A stretch of DNA of 37,820 nt from Longimonas sp. (GTDB lineage Bacteria; Bacteroidota; Rhodothermia; Rhodothermales; Salinibacteraceae): the NCBI RefSeq assembly GCF_046498435.1, contig NZ_JAWOAR010000207.1, forward strand, positions 1 to 37,820. Reading direction: 5' to 3'. Below the pieces are notes generated by a model that saw only the letters and a program-made list of their open reading frames with translations, ran no database searches and had not been told where the DNA came from. Positions 1 to 10,097 of this stretch are shown one piece after another (within the stretch, counting starts at the first letter, position 1; the number at the start of each line of letters is the position of its first letter). The position numbers and the translations under genes were made by a program.

Positions 1-69
1 CGATCCATGCAATGTTGGGGCGCGTGTCTTCTGTTGTCAACGTCTTTTGCCAACACCCTTACTTCAGTT

Positions 70-327
70 ATGCCTCGCGCTTCCCGCTCACGCCGCTCAC
101 GCCGCCCTGTGCCGCCGGTTCTGCAACCGACCAATTACAAGCTGCTCCTGGCAGGCGTGCTGGCTATCGTGCTTGGCTTCACCCTTATGTACGCCGAAAG
201 TGCACTCGAAGGAGTCCTTTCGCTGTACGTGGGGCCGCTCCTTCTGATGGGCGGATACGTCGGAATCATCTATGCTTTGCTCTGGCGTCCCGACCAACCC
301 GAGGCTGCTTCCGACAGCGAAGCGTAA
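70..327 (+). CDS. Small two-TM membrane protein, DUF3098-like
   Basis: ATG at 70 gives 85 aa with pattern NYKLLLAGVLAIVLGFTLM...LSLYVGPLLLMGGY.IIYALL, typical of this Bacteroidota family. Confidence 0.7.
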   Translation: MPRASRSRRSRRPVPPVLQPTNYKLLLAGVLAIVLGFTLMYAESALEGVLSLYVGPLLLMGGYVGIIYALLWRPDQPEAASDSEA

Positions 328-346
328 CGCCAACTGCGAGGCACAC

Positions 347-793
347 TTACGCGGCCTGGAGGGCCTTCTGGTTCGCCACAATCTCATGTTCGGCAAAGAA
401 ATAGGCGGCTTCCTTCTGGCCGTTCTCAACCGAATCGGAGCCGTGCACAATGTTAGTCGAAATCGAGTCCGCAAAGTCGGCGCGGATGGTGCCCTCGTTG
501 GCCTCGTCCGGATTCGTAGCCCCAATCAGAGCACGGAAGTCGGAAATTGCATTCTCTTTTTCAAGCACAATCGGCACACACGCACCGCTCGACATGAAGT
601 CGGTCAGTTCGTCAAAGAACGGCTTGTCCTGGTGCACAGCGTAGAAGCCCTCGGCTTCCCGCTTCGAGAGGGTGATCATTTTCAGGGCGCGCACGGCAAA
701 CCCGGCGTCTTGGATGCGTGCAAGTACGGTGCCGATCAGTTCCTTGCGGACGCAGTCGGGCTTGAGGATGGCAAGAGTGCGTTCGGTAGCCAT
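347..793 (-). CDS. ndk: Nucleoside diphosphate kinase
   Basis: [13 protein letters not shown] start; HQDKPFF; GTIRADF; catalytic NIVHGSDS. Confidence 0.97.
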   Translation of the reverse strand: MATERTLAILKPDCVRKELIGTVLARIQDAGFAVRALKMITLSKREAEGFYAVHQDKPFFDELTDFMSSGACVPIVLEKENAISDFRALIGATNPDEANEGTIRADFADSISTNIVHGSDSVENGQKEAAYFFAEHEIVANQKALQAA

Positions 794-979
794 AGGGCAA
801 AGCAAATTAGTACGAAAGAGATAGAATAACGCGGCGGTGGGGCCAATGTGTGACGATGCCGACCGCAAATCACGCATTCCGTACGACGGTTTGCCCCATG
901 CGGTGTTGACATGCGATGAATCGCTGGGCGAAGTTGTGTGAAGGGAATCCGTTCTGGCGTATTCTGGGGGATGCGATAG

Positions 980-1567
980 CTACGTGCCCAGCATATCACT
1001 CACCGCCAACGCAGCGGGCACCGCCTTAAGAGGAAGTGCAATCTCGTCGCTGCACTCGTAGATGGCGGACTCACGGTAGCTGCCAGACTCGGGCATGCGG
1101 TATACGTGCACTCGGTCTTCGTTGAGCGCCACGACCCACACTTCGGGGATGCTTGCTTGCGCATACAGCGGTACCTTCACCTCCTGATCGAACGGAAGCG
1201 AGGAGTCGGCTACTTCGACCACGAGCAGCACCTCGTCGGGGCGTGGATGGCGAGAGGCGTAGTCGTCGTCGCGCGGTTTCAGCAGTGCCACATCGGGCTC
1301 CGGCTCCGAATCGGGCGGAAGCACAATTGGGTTTTGCACGCTCACGAGGGCCTGCCTGGGATGAACGTGTGCTGAAAACACACGCGTGAGACGACGCACA
1401 CACGCCGCATGCTCGCTTCCGATGGGAGACATTTCGTAGATGTGACCGTTCAGCAGTTCGATGCGGCGATCCGTGCCCAGCACGCCCGCCTCCGCCATCC
1501 GGTGATAGTCGCTTACCGAAAAGCGAAGCGGGGTGGGGTCCGAAACGGGCGGAGCAGCAACAGGCAT
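980..1567 (-). CDS. Uma2 (DUF820) family PD-(D/E)XK endonuclease-like protein, copy A
   Basis: RFSVSDYHRMAEAG, IELLNGHIYEMSPIG, EPEPDV, LVVEVADSS, K..LYA...IPEVWVV motifs. Confidence 0.92.
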   Translation of the reverse strand: MPVAAPPVSDPTPLRFSVSDYHRMAEAGVLGTDRRIELLNGHIYEMSPIGSEHAACVRRLTRVFSAHVHPRQALVSVQNPIVLPPDSEPEPDVALLKPRDDDYASRHPRPDEVLLVVEVADSSLPFDQEVKVPLYAQASIPEVWVVALNEDRVHVYRMPESGSYRESAIYECSDEIALPLKAVPAALAVSDMLGT

Positions 1568-1585
1568 GGCAGCGCCGTCTTTCGT

Positions 1586-2173
1586 TTACGAAGGCAGGAC
1601 CGCATCCACAGAAGCAGAGTGATCGCCGAGCGGCTGCGGAAGCATACACGTGTCGCCGCGGTCATACGTCGTCTGCTCGCGATAGCGGTTCGATTCGGGG
1701 GTCTGATACACATGCACTCGGTCTTCGTTGAGCGCCACGACCCACACTTCGGGGATGCCCGCTTGCGCATACAGCGGTACCTTCACATCTTGGTCGAACG
1801 GAAGCGAGGAGTCGGCCACTTCGACCACGAGCAGCACCTCGTCGGGGCGCGGGTGGCGAGATGCGTAGTCGTCGTCGCGCGGTTTCAGCAGTGCCACATC
1901 GGGCTCCGGCTCCGAATCGGGTGGAAGCACAATCGGGTTTTGAACCCGCACAATGGCGCGATCATCGACTGCGTGCATGAAAAGACGGGTGAGGCGATCG
2001 ACACACGCAGCGTGCCGGCTTCCGATGGGCGACATTTCGTAGATGTGACCGTTCAGCAGTTCGACATTGAGATCTGGCCCCAGCACCCCCGCTTCCCCCA
2101 TCCGGTGATAGTCGCTCACCGAAAAGCGATAGAGCGTTGGCGCCGGCAGGGTTGCGGGTGCAGAAACAGGCAT
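1586..2173 (-). CDS. Uma2 (DUF820) family endonuclease-like protein, copy B
   Basis: Same motifs as copy A; tandem paralog 26 bp downstream of lipA and 18 bp upstream of copy A. Confidence 0.92.
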   Translation of the reverse strand: MPVSAPATLPAPTLYRFSVSDYHRMGEAGVLGPDLNVELLNGHIYEMSPIGSRHAACVDRLTRLFMHAVDDRAIVRVQNPIVLPPDSEPEPDVALLKPRDDDYASRHPRPDEVLLVVEVADSSLPFDQDVKVPLYAQAGIPEVWVVALNEDRVHVYQTPESNRYREQTTYDRGDTCMLPQPLGDHSASVDAVLPS

Positions 2174-2199
2174 AGCAGAAGGGCGAGACCTTTGTGCGG

Positions 2200-3177
2200 T
2201 TACACGTGCTTCTCGGCGTGATACGACGAGCGCGTGAGCGGACTGCTTTCTACGTGCTCAATGCCCTTTGCCTCGCCCACTTCTTTGTACCAGGCAAAGG
2301 TTTCGGGCTCCACCCAGTCCTCAACGGGCAGGTGCATCTTCGTCGGCTGCATGTACTGTCCAATCGTCATCACGTCGAGGCCGATCTCCACGAAGTCGTC
2401 CATCAGTTCCAGGACCTCTTCGGGGTCTTCGCCCAGCCCCACCATGATGCCGCTCTTGGTGCGCAGGCCATCTTCTTTGGCCCACTGCAGCACATCGAGA
2501 GAGCGCTGATAGTCGGCTTGCGGACGCACACGGCGGTAGAGGCGGGGCACCGTTTCCATGTTGTGGTTAAAGATGTCGGGGCGGGCATCAAACACCGTCT
2601 GGCACGCCTCGCGGATGCCGCGGAAGTCGGGCGTAAGGACCTCAACCGTGCAGCCCAGTTCGTGCAGGCGGTTGATGGTATCGGCAAAGATGGGGGCGCC
2701 GCCATCCTTGCGCTCGTCGCGGTTCACGCTGGTGACGACCGCATGCTGCACGCCCATCAGGTCGGCAGCCTCGGCCACGCGGCGCGGCTCGTCCCAGTCG
2801 AGTCCGTCTTGCGGACGACCCGTCTTAATAGCGCAGAACCCGCACGAGCGCGTGCAGATGTTGCCCAAGATCATGAACGTAGCCGTGCCTGCACTCCAGC
2901 ACTCGCCCATGTTCGGGCAGTTGGCGCTCTCGCACACCGTGTGCAGGTCGTGCTCGTCGATGATGCTACGCACTTTCTTAAACTCCTTGCCTTGCGGCAG
3001 CTTCACGCGGAGCCAGTCGGGGCGTTTGCCTTGCTTGTTTTTGTTGGTGTCTTCGACGACAGGCAGTTCAAAAAAGCCAGGGTCGCCGTCGCCCGAGGAA
3101 GCGAGTTCTTCTTTCTCGACGGAGCGAAGTTGAAGATCGTCAGGAGTTTTGGGAGACGTTGCGCCGGAATCCGACAT
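2200..3177 (-). CDS. lipA: Lipoyl synthase (radical SAM)
   Basis: [12 protein letters not shown] (CX4CX5C), CTRSCGFC (CX3CX2C) and C-terminal RSSYHA. Confidence 0.97.
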   Translation of the reverse strand: MSDSGATSPKTPDDLQLRSVEKEELASSGDGDPGFFELPVVEDTNKNKQGKRPDWLRVKLPQGKEFKKVRSIIDEHDLHTVCESANCPNMGECWSAGTATFMILGNICTRSCGFCAIKTGRPQDGLDWDEPRRVAEAADLMGVQHAVVTSVNRDERKDGGAPIFADTINRLHELGCTVEVLTPDFRGIREACQTVFDARPDIFNHNMETVPRLYRRVRPQADYQRSLDVLQWAKEDGLRTKSGIMVGLGEDPEEVLELMDDFVEIGLDVMTIGQYMQPTKMHLPVEDWVEPETFAWYKEVGEAKGIEHVESSPLTRSSYHAEKHV

Positions 3178-3349
3178 GCACTAAAGGCGGGGTTTACACG
3201 AGGCTTTGCGGAAGGCAGCAGGGAAAGAATTGCTGCTTTGCACGTAACGAAAGACCTAACAGGGCGTTCCTCTAAATGCAACGGCTCCCGCCGAGGGGAA
3301 AGCCCTTCCAGTGTTCACCGATTTCGCTTGACGTATTGCCCCCTCCTGT

Positions 3350-4732
3350 ATGACTGAAGCAGACGTAGCAACCGCTGTACATCCCATTGGACCCAAGGAC
3401 GTGCGCGACGTACTTTCCCGCCACATGCTCACCAAAGGCATGATGCGCATGGTGCTCGACATGGACGAAAGCCAGGGCGTGCGCCTGAAAGACAAATCGG
3501 GCGATGCCTCCTTCATCGACCTGTTCGGGTTCTACGCGTCCAGTCCGTTGGGAATGAACCACCCGAAACTGGCCCGCGACGACGCGTTTCGGCAGCGCAT
3601 CATGGATGCCGCGCTCAACAAGATCACCAACTCGGATGTGATGACCGAGCACATGGCGCGGTTTGTGGATACGTTTAGCCGCGTGGGCATCCCGAATTAC
3701 CTGCCATACACGTTTTTCATTTCGGGCGGTGCCCTCGCGATTGAGAATGCACTGAAGGCCGCTTTCGACTGGAAGGTGCGCAAGAATTTTCAGAAGGGCT
3801 ACCGGCGCGAAGTTGGGCACAAAGTGCTGCACCTTGACCAGGCCTTTCATGGACGCAGCGGATACACCATGTCGCTCACGAACACCGCCGATCCGCGGAA
3901 GACGATGTACTTCCCAAAGTTCGATTGGCCCCGCATCACCAACCCGAAGATACACTTTCCGATCGACGACGCTGAAGAAGAGCGCCTGGCCCACAAAGAG
4001 CAGCAAGCCCTGCAGCAGGCCAAGCGCGCGTTCCACGAGCACACCGATGAGATTGCCGCGGTCATCCTGGAGCCGATTCAGGGCGAGGGCGGCGATAATC
4101 ACTTTCGTACGTCGTTCCTGCGCGATCTGAAAGACATTGCCCACGAGAACGACGCCCTCTTCATCTTTGATGAGGTGCAGAGCGGCGTTGGCATCACGGG
4201 CAAGTTCTGGGCGCATCAGGCCATTGGTGTAGCGCCAGACATCATGGCGTTCGGCAAGAAGACGCAGGTATGCGGCATTTTGGCCGGACGCAAGCTCGAC
4301 GAAGTGGACGGCCACGTGTTTGAAACACCGAGTCGTATCAACTCGACCTGGGGCGGTAACCTGGTCGACATGGTCCGCTTCGACCGCATTCTTGAGATCA
4401 TCGAAGAAGACGAACTCGTTGACCACGCAGCCCATGCAGGCAGTCACCTGCAAGACCGGTTACATGCCCTTGCGGATACGCACGAGGCAATCACGAACGT
4501 ACGTGGACGCGGCCTGATGTGCGCGTTCGACCTGCCCACCAAAGCGCATCGGGATGCGGTGCTGGAGCAGTGCTTTGAGGAAGGCGTCATCATCTTAGGA
4601 TGTGGCGAATCCTCCATTCGCTTCCGCTCGCCCCTGACTATCACCGCGAGCGAGATCGATGAAGGCATCAACCGCCTCGATGCGGCTATGACCACGGCTA
4701 CGCAGCAAACGACGCGTCATCGCGATGCCTAG
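3350..4732 (+). CDS. lat: L-lysine 6-aminotransferase (class III PLP aminotransferase)
   Basis: GALAIENALKAAFDWK, AFHGRSGY, EPIQGEGGD, DEVQSG, FGKKTQVCG, RINSTWGG. Confidence 0.88.
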   Translation: MTEADVATAVHPIGPKDVRDVLSRHMLTKGMMRMVLDMDESQGVRLKDKSGDASFIDLFGFYASSPLGMNHPKLARDDAFRQRIMDAALNKITNSDVMTEHMARFVDTFSRVGIPNYLPYTFFISGGALAIENALKAAFDWKVRKNFQKGYRREVGHKVLHLDQAFHGRSGYTMSLTNTADPRKTMYFPKFDWPRITNPKIHFPIDDAEEERLAHKEQQALQQAKRAFHEHTDEIAAVILEPIQGEGGDNHFRTSFLRDLKDIAHENDALFIFDEVQSGVGITGKFWAHQAIGVAPDIMAFGKKTQVCGILAGRKLDEVDGHVFETPSRINSTWGGNLVDMVRFDRILEIIEEDELVDHAAHAGSHLQDRLHALADTHEAITNVRGRGLMCAFDLPTKAHRDAVLEQCFEEGVIILGCGESSIRFRSPLTITASEIDEGINRLDAAMTTATQQTTRHRDA

Positions 4733-5007
4733 CAACCAGCGCTGCACGCATGGCAAGCCGTGGCAAATAGGTACACGCCAGACATCTTGCCCTGTATCTG
4801 ATGCATTTTCCCCACTGGCTGTCCCCCATGGTCAGTGGGGATCGGTTTGGTATGCCTCGTCCGATTGCAGTTTAACCAAACAGCGCCTATTATAGTATAG
4901 TAATGTGTACGCTCGGAGCACAATACCGTCCGTGTTTTGCATCGCCGTGGTCATCGAGCTGCGAGCCAGATTCTTCGTTTAGTACCCTTGAACAGAAAAG
5001 TAGTCGG

Positions 5008-6963
5008 ATGTCGTTGTCTTCTTCCTCATACACGCCTGCTTCCCGCCTCGGAGCGCTGCTCTGTAGCCTGGTGCTTGTGCTTGCCTGGATGGCCGTACAT
5101 AGCCCTTCGGCACAGGCCCAGTACACCCCCGACCGCGAGTTCCGGGTCACCAACAAGATTCCCTTCGAGCAGGTCATGTCGTACGATGAAGTGTGCGGAT
5201 ATGAAAATGACCCGCGCGACATGGATACGTTCAAGACCTCCGATACCGCTATCCCGAAAAATGAGGAGGCCGATATCACCGTTGACTACGGATCGGGCTT
5301 CACCACCGAGGCACAAGAGGCCTTTCAGCGCGCGATCGATGTGTGGCGCACACACATCACCACTCCCGTCGAGATTCGGATTGATGCCTCGTTTCAGGAC
5401 CAGGGCGAAAACGTTCTGGCTTCAGCTGGGCCACGGTTCTTGTACGAACTTACCGATACCGATGGCAACAGCTTCCTCGTAGGCGATGCCCTCACCGATG
5501 CGCTGCTGGAGAACGATCAGAACGCGGGCGAGCCCGACATTATCGTAAACGTGAACAGCGGGCGCAACGACTGGCACTTCGGCGAAGGCGAGCCCGCATC
5601 CAACGAAATCGACTTCACCACAGTAATTCTTCACGAGATTGGACATGGGCTCAACTTCTTAAACCTGACCGATGTGAGCAACGGCGAAGGCTCATGGGGC
5701 ATTTCGGAAGCGCCCGGCGTTCCGGGCATACTTACCGACCGGATCGTGCATGAGGATCCGCCCGGCACGTTCAACCGGCTGCTCAACGAATCTCGTTACC
5801 CAAACCCCTCGACCGACCTCGGTGATGCGCTGACCAGCAACGCGCTCTTTGCCACGGGAGAAAACACCGATCTCGCCGCTGAAACCAGCACCGGCCCCGT
5901 ACCCGCCCAGCTTTACGCGCCGTCGTCGTACACGGGCGGATCCAGCATCGCGCACTTCGACGAGGCAACCTATCCCCCAGACGACCCGAATACACTCATG
6001 ACGCCACAAATCGGCTTTAATGAGGTCACACGCGTGCCAGGCCCCAACATGTGCGGACTTCTGTCTGACATGGGCTGGACGCTCAACCAGGGCTGCCTGG
6101 AGTCCATCGGGTCTACCGTCTTTGCATTTCAGGCAGCTGCGCGCTCCGAGTCGGGCAGTGCCACGCTCTCGTGGAATACGGGCACCGATGCCGATCGCAT
6201 TGATGAGTACATCATCACAACCAAACGGTTTGGAGAGGAAGTGGCCGAAGAGCGTCTCTCTGCTGAGAACCGCACGGGCTCCGAAGTCGTGTTTCCGATT
6301 GAAGACCTGCGTATGGGACGCTATACGTTCGACCTCACCTGGATCTTCGACGACGGCACCGAGGCCGATATCACCTTTTCCTCCGATCCGGTCGAAATCA
6401 AACCGTTTGAGGTTGCCGCGTCAGTCGAATCGTCACCTAACAGTCAGGGGCGCGCTCCAGTGTCTGTAGACTGGAATCTGCCGCCTGACGTAGCCGATTT
6501 CCAGTTCGAGGTGGAGCGCGCTGCAGGACGGGGCACCGAAAATCCCGAGTTTGAAGTCATCTCGGAGATGCCTGTGACCGACGCGCAGGCCTTGTTCGAA
6601 AATCAGGCCGCTGGCGTGTATCAGTACCGCATCCGCGCAACCGACAATGAAGGCAATGTCTTGCTTAGCGAGCCGGTAGAAGCTGAGATTCCGTTCGACG
6701 CCCCAGTAGTTTTCACCGAAGCCTACCCGAATCCCACCAATGGCCTCTTCCGCTTCGACGTCACTGCCGAGACCACCCAGACCGTCGACGTAGAGGTGTA
6801 TAACACCATCGGGCAGCGCGTGTATCGCGACCGCGTGGGACTGCAAGAAGATGTGCCGCGCACGCTCACCGTAGATGGAAGCACATGGGGCAGCGGCACC
6901 TACTTTGTCCGCATTATCGGCGAAGACTTTTCTGAAACGCGCCGTGTGTCTCTGACGCGCTAA
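5008..6963 (+). CDS. Secreted zinc metalloprotease-like protein with Ig/FN3-like modules and T9SS C-terminal sorting domain
   Basis: Signal peptide ending SAQA-Q; HEIGHGL at 5632; GSSIAHFD and LMTP downstream; C-terminal YPNPT...EVYNTIGQRV...SGTYFVRI; start codon uncertain. Confidence 0.8.
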   Translation: MSLSSSSYTPASRLGALLCSLVLVLAWMAVHSPSAQAQYTPDREFRVTNKIPFEQVMSYDEVCGYENDPRDMDTFKTSDTAIPKNEEADITVDYGSGFTTEAQEAFQRAIDVWRTHITTPVEIRIDASFQDQGENVLASAGPRFLYELTDTDGNSFLVGDALTDALLENDQNAGEPDIIVNVNSGRNDWHFGEGEPASNEIDFTTVILHEIGHGLNFLNLTDVSNGEGSWGISEAPGVPGILTDRIVHEDPPGTFNRLLNESRYPNPSTDLGDALTSNALFATGENTDLAAETSTGPVPAQLYAPSSYTGGSSIAHFDEATYPPDDPNTLMTPQIGFNEVTRVPGPNMCGLLSDMGWTLNQGCLESIGSTVFAFQAAARSESGSATLSWNTGTDADRIDEYIITTKRFGEEVAEERLSAENRTGSEVVFPIEDLRMGRYTFDLTWIFDDGTEADITFSSDPVEIKPFEVAASVESSPNSQGRAPVSVDWNLPPDVADFQFEVERAAGRGTENPEFEVISEMPVTDAQALFENQAAGVYQYRIRATDNEGNVLLSEPVEAEIPFDAPVVFTEAYPNPTNGLFRFDVTAETTQTVDVEVYNTIGQRVYRDRVGLQEDVPRTLTVDGSTWGSGTYFVRIIGEDFSETRRVSLTR

Positions 6964-6990
6964 CCCGCACCGAAAACACCCACCCGCACA

Positions 6991-7024
6991 AAAAAAGCAC
7001 CGCTACGCACGTGGCGGTGCTTTT
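6991..7024. terminator. Bidirectional intrinsic terminator between the convergent protease and gyrA genes
   Basis: aaaagcaccgctac-gcac-gtggcggtgctttt: 14-bp stem flanked by A and T runs. Confidence 0.85.
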
Positions 7025-7084
7025 CGTTGTAGTTAGAGGGAAGCGCAGGCCCGAGGCACGCCTCCGGCAGTCTCACGCGGATCG

Positions 7085-9793
7085 CTACTCAGTCGCTTGC
7101 CCGTTGGCAGACGGCGCCGCAGGAGTTGCGGACGCTTCGTCGTCGGTTTTGTCGTCGTCCGCGTCGTCAGTCTCCGCGTCGTCCAGGTCGTCGAGTGCCA
7201 CGCGGGTCACATCCGCAATCGTATCGTCCTTCTTCAGGTTGATGACCCGCACGCCCTGCGTGTTGCGTCCCATCGTGCTGATCTCGTCGACGCTGGTGCG
7301 AATCATGATGCCGTTCTCCGTAATGACCATCAGGTCCTGCTCGTCCTGCACGCCCTTAATGGCCGCCAGCGGTCCGGTGCGCTTCGTCTTGTTGAGTGTG
7401 ATGAGCCCCTTCCCGCCGCGCCCCTGCACACGGTAGCGGTCCAGTTCAGTGCGTTTGCCGTAGCCCTTGGCCGAGAGCGTAAACACATCGGGAGCCGAGT
7501 CCTGATCGGGATCCACCGAGATCATGCCCACAAGCGTTTCGCCCTGGCTAAGGCGTATGCCACGCACACCGCGCGTATTACGTCCGGTGTCGCGCACATC
7601 ACCTTCGTGGAAGTGCACCGCGCGTCCCCCCGAAGACGCTACCACCACCGTATTCTCGCCTGCGGTGAGCGCCGCCTCGATGAGTGCATCGTCGTCATCA
7701 ATTGAGATCGCGATAATCCCGTTCGAGCGCGGACGGCTAAACGCTTCCAGCACGGTCTTCTTGACCTGCCCATTGCGCGTAGCCATGAGCACATGGTGAT
7801 TGTTCAGGAAGTCGTCGTCTTCGAAGTCCTCCTTGCTCACGGAGAGGACCGCGCGAATCCGGTCGTCGGGGGCAATTTCGATAAGGTTGCGGATGGAGCG
7901 CCCCTTCGCGGTGCGGCTGCCTTCCGGGATTTCAAAGACGCGGAGCCAGTAGCATTGGCCGTGGTCGGTAAAGAAGAGCAGCATGTCGTGCGAGTGCGTC
8001 ACGAACAGGTGCTCAATGTAGTCGTCGTCGCGGGTGCCGCTGGCGCGCAGCCCCACCCCCCCACGCCCTTGAGCGCGGTACGTATCGACGCTGGTGCGCT
8101 TGGTGAGTCCCTGGTGCGTGACGGTAACCACCACATGCTCGCGTTCAATCAGGTCTTCGATAATGATGTCGCCGCCGCCCGTGTAATCGATCTCGGTGCG
8201 GCGCTCATCGTCGAAATTATCCTTCACTTCCAGCAGCTCTTTGCGCACCAGCGCCATGCGCTCGCTGCGGTCGTTCAGGATGGTATGTAAACGCTTGATC
8301 TCTTCCATGATGTCGCGGTACTCGCCCACGATCTTCTCGCGTTCGAGTCCGGTAAGGCGGCTCAGGCGCAGGCGCAAGATGGCATTGGCCTGTTCTTCGG
8401 TGAGCCACGCCTGCGGCGGCGCTTGCGGCGTTAAGTCGTCATAGCCCTCGCCCAAGAGGCGCGTGGCAATGGAGGTATCTTCTTCGCGGTCGATTGGATG
8501 CGCAGCAGGCAGACCTAAATCGTCGAGTTCCTCGCGGGTCAGCGGGTCGGGGTAGCGCCCCGCAATCAGGTTTTCGCGGGCGTCGGCGGTGGCGGGCGAG
8601 TGGCGGATGATCGCAATGACGGCGTCGAGGTTGTCGAGCGCGCGCGTCAAGCCCTCCAGCACGTGCGAGCGCTTCTGGGCTTTGTTGAGGTCGTACTCGG
8701 TGCGCCGCTTCACAATGGTGTGGCGGTGCTCCACATAATGATGCACGGCCTGTTGCAGGTTCAGCACACGCGGACGCCCGTTCACGAGCGCCACCATGTT
8801 CACGCCAAAGGTGTCTTGCAGGCGCGAGTGCTTGTACAGTTGATTCTTAACAACGAGCGGCACCGCATCCTGCTTCAGTTCTACCACAATGCGCATCCCG
8901 TCGCGATCGCTCTCATCGCGCAGATCCGAGATGCCCTCAATGCGCTCGTCACGCACGCGCTGGGCGATGCGCTCGATGAGTGTGCTCTTGTTGACCTGAT
9001 ACGGGATTTCCGTAATGACCAGCGCCATGCGGCCCTTGCGGATCTCTTCCTCGTGCATCTTAGCCCGCATAATGACGCGCCCGCGCCCGGTGTGGTAGGC
9101 CTCGTACACCCCCGCGTATCCATAGATAATGCCGCCGGTGGGGAAGTCCGGCGCTGGCAGATGCTCCATCAACCCGTCGATATCAATCTCGGGGTTGTCG
9201 ATGTAGGCGACCACCGCGTCGATAGCCTCGCCCAGATTGTGGGGCGGGATCTTCGTGGCCATGCCCACGGCAATGCCGTCGGCCCCGTTCACGAGCATGT
9301 TCGGAAACGCTGCAGGAAGCACGGTCGGCTCCTCAAGCGTGCCGTCGAAGTTCTCCTGCGTAGAAACGGTCTCCTTGTTGATATCGTCGAGCATGCGCTC
9401 GGCGATCTTGACCATGCGCGCCTCGGTGTACCGCATGGCCGCTGCCGAGTCGCCATCGACCGAGCCAAAGTTGCCCTGGCCGTCTACGAGCGGGTAGCGC
9501 ATCGAAAAGTGCTGCGCCATGCGCACCAGCGTGTCGTAAACCGACGAATCGCCGTGTGGGTGGTACTTTCCGAGCACCTCGCCTACGATACGAGCGCACT
9601 TCTTATAGTTGGACCCCGCGGTAAGACCGAGTTCATGCATGCCGTAAAGCACGCGCCGGTGCACGGGCTTCAGGCCGTCGCGCACGTCGGGCAGAGCGCG
9701 GCTCACAATGACCGACATCGAATAGTCGATGTAGGAGGATTTCATCTCCTCCTCGATCTGGATGGGGATGATGCGGCTGTCGTCGGTTTCCAT
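7085..9793 (-). CDS. gyrA: DNA gyrase subunit A
   Basis: [27 protein letters not shown], catalytic AAMRYTE, GyrA box QGRGGVG, beta-pinwheel repeats, acidic tail. Confidence 0.98.
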   Translation of the reverse strand: METDDSRIIPIQIEEEMKSSYIDYSMSVIVSRALPDVRDGLKPVHRRVLYGMHELGLTAGSNYKKCARIVGEVLGKYHPHGDSSVYDTLVRMAQHFSMRYPLVDGQGNFGSVDGDSAAAMRYTEARMVKIAERMLDDINKETVSTQENFDGTLEEPTVLPAAFPNMLVNGADGIAVGMATKIPPHNLGEAIDAVVAYIDNPEIDIDGLMEHLPAPDFPTGGIIYGYAGVYEAYHTGRGRVIMRAKMHEEEIRKGRMALVITEIPYQVNKSTLIERIAQRVRDERIEGISDLRDESDRDGMRIVVELKQDAVPLVVKNQLYKHSRLQDTFGVNMVALVNGRPRVLNLQQAVHHYVEHRHTIVKRRTEYDLNKAQKRSHVLEGLTRALDNLDAVIAIIRHSPATADARENLIAGRYPDPLTREELDDLGLPAAHPIDREEDTSIATRLLGEGYDDLTPQAPPQAWLTEEQANAILRLRLSRLTGLEREKIVGEYRDIMEEIKRLHTILNDRSERMALVRKELLEVKDNFDDERRTEIDYTGGGDIIIEDLIEREHVVVTVTHQGLTKRTSVDTYRAQGRGGVGLRASGTRDDDYIEHLFVTHSHDMLLFFTDHGQCYWLRVFEIPEGSRTAKGRSIRNLIEIAPDDRIRAVLSVSKEDFEDDDFLNNHHVLMATRNGQVKKTVLEAFSRPRSNGIIAISIDDDDALIEAALTAGENTVVVASSGGRAVHFHEGDVRDTGRNTRGVRGIRLSQGETLVGMISVDPDQDSAPDVFTLSAKGYGKRTELDRYRVQGRGGKGLITLNKTKRTGPLAAIKGVQDEQDLMVITENGIMIRTSVDEISTMGRNTQGVRVINLKKDDTIADVTRVALDDLDDAETDDADDDKTDDEASATPAAPSANGQATE

Positions 9794-10021
9794 ACTCCAG
9801 TAGCCTGTATACTCGTCTCAAAAAGAAAAGGCCTGCCGCCCCCTTGCAAGCACGATGGGCGCGCTCTAAACGGGCGTATATGGCAAGCACAGCAATATAC
9901 AGACCGCGCAGCGAAATAGCTACCCCTGCGCGAGGGGGAAGGGCATCAATTGAGGGTCTTAGGGGTTCTTCATGCACGATGTGGCATTCATACTGCATCA
10001 GCACAGATATGCTTGACATCT

Positions 10022-10080
10022 GTTTGTATCACACACGTTTGTATCACACACGTTTGTATCACACACGTTTGTATCACACA
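10022..10080. repeat. Tandem repeat, 15-bp unit GTTTGTATCACACAC x4 (last copy lacks the final C)
   Basis: Read directly; copies start at 10022, 10037, 10052 and 10067; no spacers. Confidence 0.97.
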
Positions 10081-10097
10081 ACCCGCCCCAACAAGGG

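Noticed and set aside
1107-1942. Uma2 near-duplicate as a diversity-generating retroelement TR/VR pair
   Set aside because: Mismatches are mostly synonymous transitions in both directions rather than adenine-specific; both copies are intact genes; no reverse transcriptase is present
3178-3349. Lysine or c-di-GMP riboswitch upstream of lat (hairpin gagggg-aaag-cccttc)
   Set aside because: Only one short hairpin; the conserved aptamer elements are not recognisable
9520-9565. Quinolone-resistance substitution or intein in GyrA
   Set aside because: [10 protein letters not shown] keeps the Ser83 and Asp87 equivalents; AMRYTE is uninterrupted
10022-10080. Tandem repeat as a CRISPR array
   Set aside because: Units are contiguous 15-mers with no spacers, and there are no cas genes in the window
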